A stretch of DNA of 63,565 nt, counting the filler, from Octopus bimaculoides (lineage: Eukaryota): the NCBI RefSeq assembly GCF_001194135.2. It is 5 parts of 5 records of this genome, joined end to end, with 100 filler letters (N's around TTAATTAATTAA, not from the genome) between each part and the next. Parts side by side here need not be neighbours in the genome. Positions count along the whole stretch, not along the records: positions 1 to 21,246 come from NC_069004.1; 4 more parts are not named here. The stretch is one strand, 5' to 3'. Shown here piece by piece: positions 1-12,674 of this stretch. Numbering within the stretch: position 1 is the stretch's first letter; each line of letters starts with the position of its first letter. The position numbers and the translations under genes were made by a program. The notes under the pieces are model-generated. The model ran no database searches and had not been told where the DNA came from. It saw only the letters and a list, made by a program, of their open reading frames with translations.

Positions 1-1672
1 ACCCCTTAAAAACAGACTGAATTATAGATCATGATTTCGTAGTTATTGTAGTATTATACAACCTCTACTCGTCAGTATAATATGGTCAAGAAAAATAGTA
101 GTAAGCAGAGAATCAACATACCAAACGAACACCGTGTATCCAATATAGTACATAGAAGACTGTTCATCGCTATTTCCCTATGTAAGTGGCGGGAGTTTCG
201 AATTGCATCTCGGTATATGTGCTTTTTTCTCAGAATAAATTCAGCACTGAATATATTGTGGTAATATATTTAAATTCAATAATAGGACGAATTCTTTTAC
301 AAGAATTTATCAAGTAGCTAGAGTGAAAAAAACTTCATAAGGGAAAAAATCCATCATTTATTCCTAAAATATATATTTATATTTATATAAGGGCATTACT
401 ATACAGTAATGCCTCACGCTATGAGGGACTCTAAGGTCAGACTACCATAAAAACACATTTTTACCGAATGCGAGGAAATGCAACTCTCAAAGCCAAGATT
501 TTAAGGGGTTGGAGCAATGTGAAAGGAAGTGTTTTGCTCAAGAACACAACGTACTACCCAATCAGGGTACTGAACCCACAATCTAGCGATCATGAGCACA
601 ACAGCCAAGCCACTAGGCCATGTTCCTTCACCTGTGTGTGTGTGTGTGTGTATGGAAGCCCATTATATGGAGTATACTAGTAATTCAAAGGGCCAATTTT
701 GATTCCTTTAAGAGTGGAAGACTTTAACATTTTCATGCTAATCTAATAAGTAGGCTGTTCAGCTGATCAAATGACTGGAATTATTACTGAAAGCAATTAG
801 GGAACCATTGACTTTATTGTAGTAATGATAATGCATAAAAGCAGTGGTGGCAGTGGTATCAGCAACCACAGCAGTAGTGATGGTGGTGGTGGGGTCATTT
901 TATGTTTTTCTTTCAGACAAATTTATGTATATTTATACACACACACACACACACACAGAGTGTATGTTTGGAAATTTATGTCTGAACAAATTCATGTGCA
1001 TGCATAAATATGCTTTGCAAATTTATGTATACTCACATGAATGCAGGTTAATTCACATTCACATGTAAAGGTGCAGTCCATCCCAACACAGATAAAAAAA
1101 TATATTATGACATTAAAAAAAAAAACTTTTTTTAATGAACATTGTTATAAATTAAACAACAACAAAACATCTAAAACTTGCAGGTTGTCTGATGATGGGA
1201 TGATGGTCATACAGTATTGAAAGTGTCCAAATTGATAATTTGTTTGCCAACCAGGGAAGGGCTAAAATACTTATGAGGCTGATCAGAGAGATGGGCTATC
1301 TACCTACCTGAGGATGGGCTAAATGTTGTTGTTCAGTCCAGGTCAATTTATGATCAAATGATATATGAACCCTGACCACCTATGAATATTTAAGATTACC
1401 ATTACCTAATGTATTCTCTCCTTAATGTGAGGGAAATTTTGTTGCTATTTCTAGGAGAGCAGACAATCATGTAGAAGTTCCCTGGAAGGTGGAAGGTGTT
1501 ACTTGTTGGTTTCTGTCTACTGCTGCTGTAGCTATATATATTTACAGAAATTCTCTGTTTATATTCTTACATCTGTGTGTGTACATGCATGCACACACAC
1601 ACACATACAGAGAGGGAGAGGGAGAAAGAAAAAGAACAACATGGAAAATTAAGAAGTGACCATGCATGATAC

Positions 1673-1868
1673 TGCTATAATCCTGTGTTGGACTGTTATA
1701 ATGCCCACTCTGATATAGCAATATAGTTAGTTAGACAAGTAAGACCACAATTATCTATGACCATCTACTTTGTGCTCTCTACTATACTGACACTGACTGA
1801 CATTATTTACAATAATTATCACATACCACTCATCATGAGTGAAGGGGTCTTCTATTATCCCCATAACA
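1673..1868 (-). repeat. 3' LTR of the Gypsy element
   Basis: Aligns by eye to 7429-7629; adjacent polypurine tract at 1869-1880. Confidence 0.9.
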
Positions 1869-2427
1869 TCTCCCCTTTTAAGTTTTTCTTTTTTCTTAGG
1901 AACTTTAATTTTATTTCTTGTAATAGCAATGATTTTTACATCACCCCACCTCCCTTCTTTGAGTTTTTATTTATTTATTTTTTAATGCAGTTACACATTT
2001 AATATTTTATTTAGCATCCGTACATTTTCTTTTTCTTATGCTTGTGCATCTGGGTTCAATTATTTGAGGTGACGTTGGTACTTGAAAAGTATTATATAAT
2101 CATTCCATTAGTTCTTCCATTCTCTTGGGTTTGCTCTCAAGAAATCTTTTTTTCAGTTGATTCATGCGTCTTTTGTATACCCTTTTTCTTCCTTTTACTA
2201 AGCATAGCATTTTTCTTATGCATTTGGTAATCACGCCATCTTCCCAACTTTGTTTTCCTGTCTTATATGCCCTCACAAATACCTTTTCACCAGTTTTGAA
2301 ATACCTTACTGTCCTACAAACAGCTCATGTACAAAATTTGTTATCGTTTAGGAGGTTGGCTTTTTACACTTAAAAATTTCTGCCCATTTAGAGAAACTAT
2401 CCACTACTACTAAGTAGTATGAACCAT

Positions 2428-4141
2428 TTCACCCTTTAGTGTTTAGACCGGCCAAAACTGGCCAAAAATTATTCCCCTTTATTTGTTTGAACCAGCCAAA
2501 TCTGGCCGCATCTGATTCCTCTACAAAATTGCTAAAAAAATAAACAAACCACGTTATTGAATTCTCATAGCTTTCATATAATGTGAGATAAAGCCTCTCT
2601 TGCCTTTATTCATATAAATACATTTGAAGAGAAGTGTATATCCTGGATTTTAACACAGTGACATCAACAAGTAGTGATTCCAACTTAGAAGTTCTTGCTT
2701 TTCATGATGTACAAAGTATAAATGCAAACAACAGTGATTTGTCTTTGGATGAATCATATTGACATTTACGAATCTTTGTTGGACGAGGAAGATTTTGATA
2801 ATGAAAGTGATCAAAATGATATTGCAAACATTAGGGCAACATCAACCACAATTCCTGATTTCACAGAAAGGATTAGTCCACAATAGTCTACCATTAGACC
2901 ATTTATTTTTAATTTTACTGAAAAGTTTTTTTGAATCTGTCATGGAGGAAACAAATATGCCCAACACATAATTTCTAATTCTGGAAGACCCAATCCACTA
3001 TGGCAGCTAACTGATACTACAGAAATGTGACTTTTTTTTTACTATAAACATTATGTTAGGTATCAAGCAGCTTTCTCAACTGTGGATCTACTGGAATCCT
3101 GATATAAAGTATTGTGATCCATATATCTTCAGCATTATGTCTAACTATAGTTAATTCATATATTGTTTATGTAAAAAGCCACAAGGTACCACCACCACTA
3201 AGAGTCTACGACCATTTGAAATTTCAGGTTGACATCGTATCTCAGTTATGTGATGGCTTTTCTTCCAGAAAGCACAGAACTGGGAGAAAAGCAACATTAA
3301 CTGAGGTGGATGTCAACAAAGAAAATATTGGCTTCCATAAAGTGAAAAAAAGAAGAAAAAGTTTGCAGACTGTATTCGCTGCAAAAAACAAAAACTGTGA
3401 AAAGATATGAGGTCAAGACCTCATATATGTGTTCGTTTTGCAGTTCCCTTGTGTAAAAGGTGCTTTGGACAGTTTCACGATAGAAATATGGCATAACTAT
3501 ATTTTGTTATTTGATAGTAATACTATCATATATTCCTTTCATTTTATTACAAATAATATGTGAAAGTGAGAAATGCATATTAATTTTCAGTATGTTACAT
3601 GTCCGTATTCACCTTTCAACTTTTTTTTATTAGATGCATTCTGTTATGTAAATGTATTCATTTAATAGCCAATGGTATATTGACTAGTAAAAGAGTTTTG
3701 TACTTTATTTTCAATGAAAATGCTTGAATGAAATATACAGAAAGAATAAAATCTTGTATTGATTATAGCTGTATTTTAATTCAAATTAATGTACATCATC
3801 TTGAAAAGTGGCAAAATTTTTGTTGGTTGCCATCAGGGATAATTTTAGTAACAAATCAAACAGATAAGGTGCTTTAAGAATTTCAATTTTAGTGTTTATC
3901 CATAATGTTATTGCTTTTACACCTGTTAATTAAATTTACCTGCCCATAAAAGTCAAATTTAATCAGCAAGATCAGCTAAAATTACATAAACCACTGGTAT
4001 ATAAGCACCCACTGACAAAATTTCAAATCTGTATGTAAAAAATTAACAGTTACAAGCAAATATTGTGGACACCCCTCTTGAACCTGAATAATTCAAAATA
4101 ACGTGAACAAATAAGCATTACAGTTGACACTAAATGGTTAA
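2428..4141 (+). mobile_element. Internally deleted piggyBac (PGBD4-like) element nested in the Gypsy element
   Basis: Termini (TTCA)CCCTTTAGTGT at 2428-2442 and ACACTAAATGG(TTAA) at 4127-4141. Transposase remnants: acidic N-terminus, FFTINIMLGIKQL..IYW, LTIVNSYIVY...LKFQVDIVSQLCDGFSSRK, and a C-terminal CxxC..PLC..CF..FH Cys-rich domain near 3420-3480. Confidence 0.8.
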
Positions 4142-4447
4142 AGGACCTGCAAAATCAATGTGTAGTCTTGACCACAGAACATCTGCTTTTGGCCAAGATA
4201 CACCTTTTATCATCAGTAATTTTGCTGTTAAAACACATTCTCTACAGCCTTTCACTAAGTTTTCGATTTCTCTATCCATTTTTGGCTAGTAGACATAGCT
4301 ATGCATTCAAGCTTTCATCTTCAAAACACCAGGATGGCCAACATGAAATTCCCTCAACATTTTCTTTTGTAGTGTTTCAGGTATTACTATTTTCTGTGCA
4401 TACATCAGTATGCTATCATAAATTGAATATAGGTTCACATCTTGGTT

Positions 4448-7340
4448 TCATTCCATACCAATCCTTTTCCTGTTTACTTTTCCTGACCACAGTGTTCTTT
4501 TAACTTCTGTTATGAATTTGTCCTTTACCGCATTGCATTTTATGTCTTCTAGGGTTACCGGTAATTTACATACCATATTCCACATTACATTTTTTATTTC
4601 TCCTTCTGATCTTAATGCTGTGATTACCATATCCTCAAATGGCTTGCAGTGTTTCAGTATCAGTCTGGACAAACCAACTGCATGCCTGAGTTTTTTGGAT
4701 GGTAAATACTCCATTTTGTAGTTATAATTCAATAATGTAGTGCCCCATCACTGTAGTCTATTGACTGTGTGTGTTGGTATTCCTTTTTTAGAACCTCATA
4801 TAGATAGTTGATAGAAACTGTTTGTAGATAGTAACTTCTTCCATGAATAAATCTATGGAATTTTTTCTATCTGACTATAGTTCCCTTCAGCTGGTAATAA
4901 TGATTGTGACACATGGTCTATAGCCTTTTTACTGCTGTCATCATATTTGTGCAGAAGCACAGCTCCTACACCATAATCACTCACATCTGTAGCCAATATA
5001 ATATCTAACTTTGGATTAAGATGCGTTAACGATAAGTCTGATGTTAAAATGTTTTTTAATTCGTTAAATGCTGTCTAGCACTTATCAGTCCAGCACCATT
5101 TTGTATTTTTCTTTAACAAATCATTTATATATTGGGAATGTAAATTTGATAGTAATTTACTAAACCCAAAAATGTTTGTAGTAAAGTCACATTATTCAGC
5201 ATGGGCATATTTTTTATTGCAGTTGCTCTGGATGGATCTGGCTTTTATCCATTTTTATCTATTATCTGGCCCAAGTATTTAATTTTTTCAGAAAGAACTT
5301 GCATTTTTTTTCTGTTAACTTGAAGCCATATTCTGTAATCTTTTCGAGTACTCTTTTAATGTTTTTTACATGTTGTTCATGTGATTCACTTTTTATTAGT
5401 ATATTGTCTAAATAGGCGATAGCAAAATCACAGTCGCCCAGCATTGTATCTATTACTTGCTGAAATATGGAAGTAGCCACTTTTACACCAAAGGGAAGCT
5501 GCTTTAATTTAAATAAGCCACAGTGTGTATTAATGGTTAATGAGTGTGAGCATTCTTCTTCTACTTGGATTTGTAGCTATGCCTCTGAGAGGTTTAATTT
5601 TGTGAAGAATTTCCCTCCATTCAATTTTGCGAACACTTCCTCAGGACTCGGCAATGGGTAGCTATGTGAGATGAAAGAAACATTCAACGCTGTTGAAAAA
5701 TTTGCATAAACTCTTAACTTATTTTTCCTTTTTATGTAGACCATAGGTGCTGCCCAGTCTGAGTTGTCCGTCTTCTCGATTATTCCTAGGCTTTCAAGTT
5801 TTTCGAGTTCCTTATTTACCCATTCTATTACTGCAACTGGTACATTCCATTTTGGTTTAAATACAGGTGTTACACTTTGTTTTACTTTAATTTTTGCCTT
5901 CATTTTCATGCAGCAGCCCAGTTTCTCCGAAAAAACATCTGGGAATAAATATTTAATTTTTCATTTTAATCCCTTCAACTGAACCGACTATATTGCCACA
6001 CAAAACACTTATAGGCAAAGTCTGAAATTTGAATAGTCCCATCCAGACTGTGTCAAAGTAACTGAATACTTATACTTTTGCCATTTTCGTTTGGTCACGA
6101 AATGTCACATTGCACACAAATTCACCTACAAAATACAATCTTTTACCCATAACACCATGTGCTACTTTTGTAGATTTACTTAATTTTGGCTTACTGATAT
6201 ACTTCCAAGTTTCTTCATTCACAATGGTAATATCACTTCCAGTATCTAACTGCATTTTTACTCTTATATTTTCAATTTTCACATTTACGAATTTCCTCTT
6301 TGTCACATTACCATTTTCCTTTGAAGACATCTTGTTTACTCTTTTTTCTTTGTTCCAACATTTTGTCATCTTGGTTTTACAGTGCACTTTTACATGTCCA
6401 ATTTTTCCACAATGGAAACATTCTACTTTCTTAAATGGGCAGTTTTTTCTCAGATGTATAAACATGGGTTTATTTCTTGATTTCTGTTCTGTTTGTACTG
6501 TATTTTAGTACACACCTGATTTCTATTCTGCCTGTTTAGAGCACTTGTTTCACTTGGGAGTAATCTTTATGTTCAATTTTCTCTGTGTCATATCTTAAAT
6601 TTGCTATTCTTTCACACTCTTCTGACACTTGTAAGGTTACAGCTTGGTTTTGTTCCAGCTTAGTGAGAATTCTTGTTCTTACTTCTGTGTCTTTTTCTGT
6701 AGTTAGTCCTGAGTAAATATCAGGCACTTGAACACATCTGGTGTTAATTTGTCCAGTTTGAACTTTTCACATTTTCTGTTAACTCTACCAGCATATGTGA
6801 TGTAGTCCTCCTTGTTGTTCTTTTCTAGGTTCAAACATTTTCAGCATGTATTGAACAACTTGCTAAATCTTTTACACAATTTTCCAAGCTTTTTCCACTA
6901 AAAGTTTTACATAATATGTCTATTGTATTTTTAAAGCTTATGTCAGAAAGTTTTTTGGGAGTATGTAATTGCTGTAACACTCATTTTCTGCTGCTGCCAG
7001 TTTTCTTAAGATAAGATGTGTTTTCATATCGTTGTCCCAATCTTTGCACTCTTTATTGAAGATTTGTTCATATCTTCTATAGTATGCCTCAAAGGTAACT
7101 CATTCGTCTGGTTCATACTTAAATTCTGTTATTGAGTTTGCAACATAATCTGGTGAGAACATCTTTTCAGCATTTTTAGATGATTTCATTGATTGCAGCA
7201 TTTGTTACTGTAATAATAATTGTTGTTGTTGTTGCTTCTACTGCTGCTCTTGCAGTTGTAGCTGCTGCTGTTGTTGTTCTTTCAGTTGTTATTGTTCTGT
7301 TTTTGCAACTTGAACAAACTGGCCAACAATTTTTCCATAA
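4448..7340 (-). pseudogene. Fragmented gag-protease-RT-RNaseH of the Gypsy element; integrase core not seen
   Basis: Q-rich gag N-terminus (MEKLLASLFKLQKQ...), zinc knuckle CFHCGKIGHVKVHC, protease LDTGSD, RT motifs WAAPMV and FQQVIDTML...AYLDNILI (YLDD variant). Many stops and frameshifts. Confidence 0.88.
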
Positions 7341-7428
7341 TTTTACAATTTTGTATACTGTAAAATTCTCACAAAAACTTTTGTGAGTTTTGTAACTCCT
7401 TGTGAATTTGTTAATTTTTCGTCACCAC

Positions 7429-7629
7429 TGTTGTAATCCTTTCGTCGGACTGTTATAACACCCATTCTGGTATAGCAGTATACTTAGACAAGTAAGACCA
7501 CAGCTATCTATGATCATCTACTTCATACTCTCTACTATACTCACACTGTCTGACAGTATTTATAATGACTAGCACATACCACTCGTCATGTGGGAGGGAT
7601 GTTCTATTATTACTATTATTCCCATAACA
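7429..7629 (-). repeat. 5' LTR of the Gypsy element
   Basis: Aligns to 1673-1868; adjacent PBS-like motif at ~7419-7427. Confidence 0.9.
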
Positions 7630-7689
7630 GATACATAGCACCTCTATATTCTAGTATGGGCGTCAGCAAACTTTTGATAATGGAGTGCC

Positions 7690-8212
7690 AGACCTAGCTT
7701 CCAACCTCATATTACTACTTTTATTAGAAGTTGCGTGAGAGCTGCAATGCTGTATGGGAGTGAAACATGGTGTCTGAGGGGGAGAGAGATGGCAATTTTG
7801 AGAAGGACCGAGAAAGCAATGGTGAGAGAAATGCATGGAATGAAGCTGTTTGATAAGAGGACTGAGGACCTGATGGGGATGCTGGGGTTGGAAGAATCGG
7901 TAGAACAGCTGGCAAGGGCGAATGGAGTGGGGTGGTATGGGCATGTGTTGAGGAGGGATGAAGAGCATGTTCTGAGGAGGGTGCTTGAGCTTGAGGTAAA
8001 TGGACAGCGAAAGCGAGGTAGACTGAGGAAAATGTGGAGGGGACAAGTGGAGGAGGAGATTGGGAGGGTTGGTTTGAGAAGGGAGGACACCCAAAACTGA
8101 GCGAGATGGTGTGAAGGTGGTTGCTATGGCATTGAATTAGATCTGGCCACTCCCATTAATGGGGACAAAACCCAGATTTAAAACACTGGATGATGATGAT
8201 GATGATGATGAT
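7690..8212 (+). mobile_element. 5'-truncated RTE-clade LINE (ORF2 C-terminus plus (GAT)n tail)
   Basis: ORF 7735-8100 contains MLYGSETW...WYGHVLRR...GQRKRGR; (GAT)n tail at 8188-8212. Confidence 0.88.
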
Positions 8213-8465
8213 TAGTAGAGTTAATGCTTTTGAAACTCACTATAACAGAAATCTATTTTATTAATCCTTTAATAATTTAAACTGCATGGAAAGAAATATA
8301 ATTTTATTTAAAAAAATTAATTTTTAAAAGTTTTCAAATTATAAACAACAAAACAAAAAAAGTTACAACAGTTACATTAAATTTCTATAAATTAATGAGA
8401 ACCTTGTTTCTGTACATTTTTGCTTAATTTCTCAATATCATGTACATAATTTGTGACTTTTAGCT

Positions 8466-9455
8466 TCATGCAAGCTTCCGAGTGTTGAAGTTTTCAGATA
8501 ACTTCTTTGTGGACTCAAAACAGATTTCATGTGTGAAAAAATTCGTTTGTATGTATATGTTGAGACAAAGGCTGAAAGTAGAGATTTTCTTCAAAGAATT
8601 GAATGTTTCAGGCAACAACATCCAGCAATTGAAGATGGCAATGGACTTCTCCGAGCAGCTTCTTTGAAAAGTTTTTCGTAATTCCACAAATTTTGTTTTC
8701 CACAATTCTGAAGTTGTTAATTCAATCATTTCCATTTCAAAGCTATAGACATGCATCCACTCAAAAAGTGATAGATCAAAAGGGTTCGTTTTCAAATCAA
8801 TCCAGTAGGGGTTTGATGAGAAAAGAAAATATAGGAGTGTAAGCTTCAAAATTTTTAACTCACTTGGAAAATTCTTCTTTCAACATTGCAATATATTTTT
8901 GAAGTTCATTCTTATTAATATTAAATAGATTTAAATAAGCTCTTACATTTGGAAAGTATTTGTAAGTGTTGCTAAGTATGTCATGCCAAAAATGATTCCA
9001 GTGTTCAAAAAGATCAAATACTGTTTGATCTCTCCCTTGTAAATACAAATTTAAATCATTCAAGTGTTTGCTTATGTCAGTTAGAAACATCAATTTAAAT
9101 AACCAGTCTTCATTGTTCCATTCTGGGAAATGTTTCTCTTCAAGAAATATTTTTATTTCTTCTAAGCATGATACAAATCTGTTCAAAACATTATCCTGAT
9201 GAAGCCAACAGACATTACTGTGTAGTAAGAGGTCTACATATTCACTGTCCAATTCTTGCAGAAGGGACTTAAATTGTCTGTGAGTCAGTGAAGAGTGAGA
9301 AACTATAAAGTTAACTATTTTAATAACAGTCTCCATGACAGAACTCAAGCTTTGTGATGAAAGTTTTGCAACTAAATTTTCCTGATGTATAATTATGTCC
9401 AATATGATTTTCAAGAAGCTTAACAAATCTCTGTTCTTTTCCAACCATTGTAATC
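8466..9455 (-). mobile_element. hAT (SPIN/GTF2IRD2-like) transposase C-terminal remnant
   Basis: IIHQENLVAK, SSLTHRQFKSLLQELDSEYVDLLLHSNVCWL, WLFKLMFLTDISKHLNDLNLYLQG, then NPF...FEMEMIEL...WMLLPETFNSLKK (dimerisation region). Confidence 0.88.
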
Positions 9456-9963
9456 TTTGCGAAAATGAACCTGAAGTATTTTTGGACTTCAACATTAATT
9501 CCAACAACTGTTGGTATTGTTGTTGTTGCTGCTGTTGCTGTTGCAACTGCACCACAGTGGTTAATAAGTCTTCCATGTTAACTGCTTTTTCTTTGATTTT
9601 GTATCAAACGAAAATGTTAACATCCAACGTAAGCTTTGAATAAATTCGTCACCTCTTTTATATCCTTCTATATGTTAAATATACAGATTTCACGAAGCAG
9701 AGATATACAACTGTCTTCACACGATGTACTTCAAATTACTCCACTAAACACGATACTCCAATAAATACAAGCTCTCCACGATCTCAATGACTTCCTACAT
9801 CTTCCACAAACTCTCAACAACTTCCATGACTTCTTCCATCTCAACCAATCCGCTACTCTTTATAAGAGCTTGGCTAGTCCATTCTTCCAATTGCACAGGA
9901 GTGTCAATGACTCTCGCCACACCAGATAACTTTTCAATTCTTTATCTTTTTCTACTTGTTACA
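9455..9963 (-). mobile_element. Probable second Mag-like LTR, PBS-like motif and gag N-terminus fragment
   Basis: GGTGACGAA motif at ~9645-9653 resembles the PBS of the first element. ATG at 9576 opens MEDLLTTVVQLQQQQ...SKNTSGSFSQ, similar to the gag start at ~7338. The putative LTR begins TGTAAC at 9963. Confidence 0.6.
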
Positions 9964-10239
9964 TTTCTCTTTCCATAATGGCCATTTTCTGTTTAGAATA
10001 ATATTGATATCATTTATTACTTCAATAATTTATATTATTGTACTTTATAAAGACTGAGCTCACAGGTACAAGGGTTAAATATTTAGGGGAGTGAGACTAA
10101 TCAAAGATGGCTTTATGAATCTAACCTAAACTGCATTCTTGTCATGTACATTAACACAGTGTAATACAAGCTGTTGAACTGCACCTAGTTGGTAAACTTT
10201 GGATATAAGTTTTGTTTGCAAGTGTCTATGAAAAGTTTG

Positions 10240-11200
10240 CAAAGGAAGATGGTATCATTAAATTATAAGATGGAGTGGAAGGAAGATTTTGCATTAATCA
10301 TAAATGGAGGCAAGCCTTTGTGCCTTATTTGCCATAATTCACTTAGTTATTACAAAGCCTGCAACTTGAAATGCTGCTATGAAACAAATCACAGAAACCT
10401 TTCACATGATTATCCTTATCACTAAATAACCAACTGACAATGTGCAGTGAGGAAGCCAATACAACAACTGAAGTCAGTTTTGTTATATCATGAAATGTTG
10501 CTTCTGCTAAACACATATATTCCAATGGCAAATTTGTTAAGAAGAATATAGCTTATATTGCTGCTATATTAGATCCAAATAGTACAAGCACCAGTTTCAC
10601 ACCACACTACAGAGAGGTTTATCTCTTAGATCAGTGCTGATGTTGCTAACAAAATTCAAAATAATTATAAAAAATTCCTTTGCATTCAGTTTATCTATTG
10701 ATGAATCAACTGACAAACAAGACAACCCACAACTGGCAGTATTTGTTTATTTGTTTATGTTTCCTTTATAAAGGAGGAGATGTTGGATTTGATGGAATTA
10801 AAGGGAACAAGTAGTGGTGCTGACAAAAAATGCTGGTGTTCTAGTGAAGCTCCTACGATGGAGGGGAAAATTGCAGGATTAATTGCAATTATGAAAAGTG
10901 ATCCCAGCTTTCCTTAGTTTCTCCCTGTTCATTGTATAATTCATCATGAACACCTAATAGCCAGATACTTCAAATATGAAACTGTTATGAAATATGTTCT
11001 TGAAATTACACATTTCATATGCTTAAGAACCACTAACAGTTCATAAATTTTATTAAAATACTGGAGTTTGAAAACAGACTCATTGATATATCTTTATACT
11101 GCATTCTTGGGTGGCTGTCAGCCAGCAATGTCTTAAGTAGGTTTGTGTATCTGTTATAGCCTCTTATTACATTTCTTTTTCTTAGCAGAAAAATGCTAAA
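10240..11200 (+). mobile_element. Second hAT (SPIN-like) transposase remnant, N-terminal to central part
   Basis: EWKEDFALIINGGKPLCLICHNSL...NLK..YETNH (BED-like), SLSIDESTD..D.PQLAVFV, VHCIIHHEHL; heavily disrupted. Confidence 0.82.
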
Positions 11201-11579
11201 CAGATGTATGATCTGATTCATGATCCAGTTGTAGAAAATCTGCCTCAAATTCTGTCCAATTCAGATGATGATGATGATGATGATAAGGAAATATTATGGA
11301 TGCAAAAAAAAATACCTTATTTGGAATTTATCAATTTTCTTTTCACTTCTTTCCTATAGTAATTTTTTAAATTTTGAACTTTTTAAATCTTTATATATGA
11401 AATTCAAATGGTATTAGAAATTTAGAACTCCATTTAAAATTTTTAATTTGAAACTATTGTATTCAACAGCTAACATCCTAATTTTACATTTGTTTGAAAA
11501 TACAGTAAAATTTTTAAAATACTGCCTGTTCTAATGGAATAATTTAATGAATTTGTTTATGTGTGTATGTGTGTTTATC

Positions 11580-11790
11580 ATTGTCATCATCCCATTTAAT
11601 GCTTGTTTTCTATGCTGGCATGGGTTGGACAGTTTGACAAAATCTGACTGGCTTGAGGGATGCGTTGATCTGCATTGTCTGCTTTGGCAAAGTTTCTACA
11701 GCTGGATGACTTTTCTAACACCAACTACTTTAAGAGTGTACAAGGTGCTTTTTCCATGGCACCAGCAGATATGTTTCACATTTGACAACT
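11580..11790 (-). mobile_element. 3'-UTR fragment of the RTE family seen at 14649-18290
   Basis: Shares catcatc..tttaatg..ttt.catgctggcatgggttggac and gcaaagtttctacagctggatg with 14670-14810. Confidence 0.7.
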
Positions 11791-12638
11791 GGAATGAAAC
11801 AACTAAATTTTTCCTTTAGATACCTTCTTATAGGCTCTGACAGACCGAATCTTATAAAAGCTATTTTAACCAATCAATTGTGCCTTACACATTACAATTT
11901 GAGTAAAGTGGAGCATGGCTACACTTGTCATAGAAACATTCTAACTAGGGTCATAAAGGAGAATTTGGCTGCAATCAGATGTTTCTCAACATCTGATCTG
12001 AAAAACAATGGTCCAGCCTTTAAATATTAATGGGCTAATTCTGTTGGTACATAGTTTATAACCTGCAATAAATGAGAAAATATATTGTCTGTTACAGGAT
12101 ACTGCATTACAAGATTTTCAGGAATTCCAAACTTCATAACATGCGTATGCCTGTACCACAATTGATATAACTGACTAAACCCTTGTAAAAGGTGTCCTGG
12201 TGTCTATTTATGTTTCTTCTGTATCTGGGGTTCTGATTGTGTGTATTTGTGTTGGGATATCTATGTGTTTGTATCACCATGTCTACATGTTTATATTTCT
12301 GTATGGAGGAGATAATGTGATGCATGTGTATGTTGTTTACATGTCTATATGTCTGTCCATGTGTGTGTATCTGTATCTATATATGTGTGTGCATTTGTGT
12401 TAATGGTATGTCTTTTTCAGTATATATTTGTGCTTCTATTGCTACTTGTCTGTTTCTGTGTGTATGCTTCGTACCTATACGTGTGGTGGTGGTGGTGTTG
12501 ATTTTAAAGTTGTTTTTCTGTTTGCAGGTCTCTATGCCTGTGTGTGTACCTCTGTACCAATGTGTGTGTGTGTGTCTTTTGTCACAGTGTTTTCTGCATA
12601 TATTTGTGTTTCTATGTATATGTGTGCCTATACTTGTG

Positions 12639-12674
<36 letters not shown>

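Larger units (their letters stand above)
1673..7629 (-). mobile_element. Full-length decayed Ty3/Gypsy LTR retrotransposon (Mag-like)
   Basis: Two ~200-bp direct repeats with TG...CA ends (1673-1868, 7429-7629). Identical 5-bp flanks GATAC at 1668-1672 and 7630-7634. PBS-like TGGTGACGA next to the right LTR and PPT (AAAAGGGGAGA) next to the left LTR on the minus strand. gag-pol remnants lie between. Confidence 0.92.
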
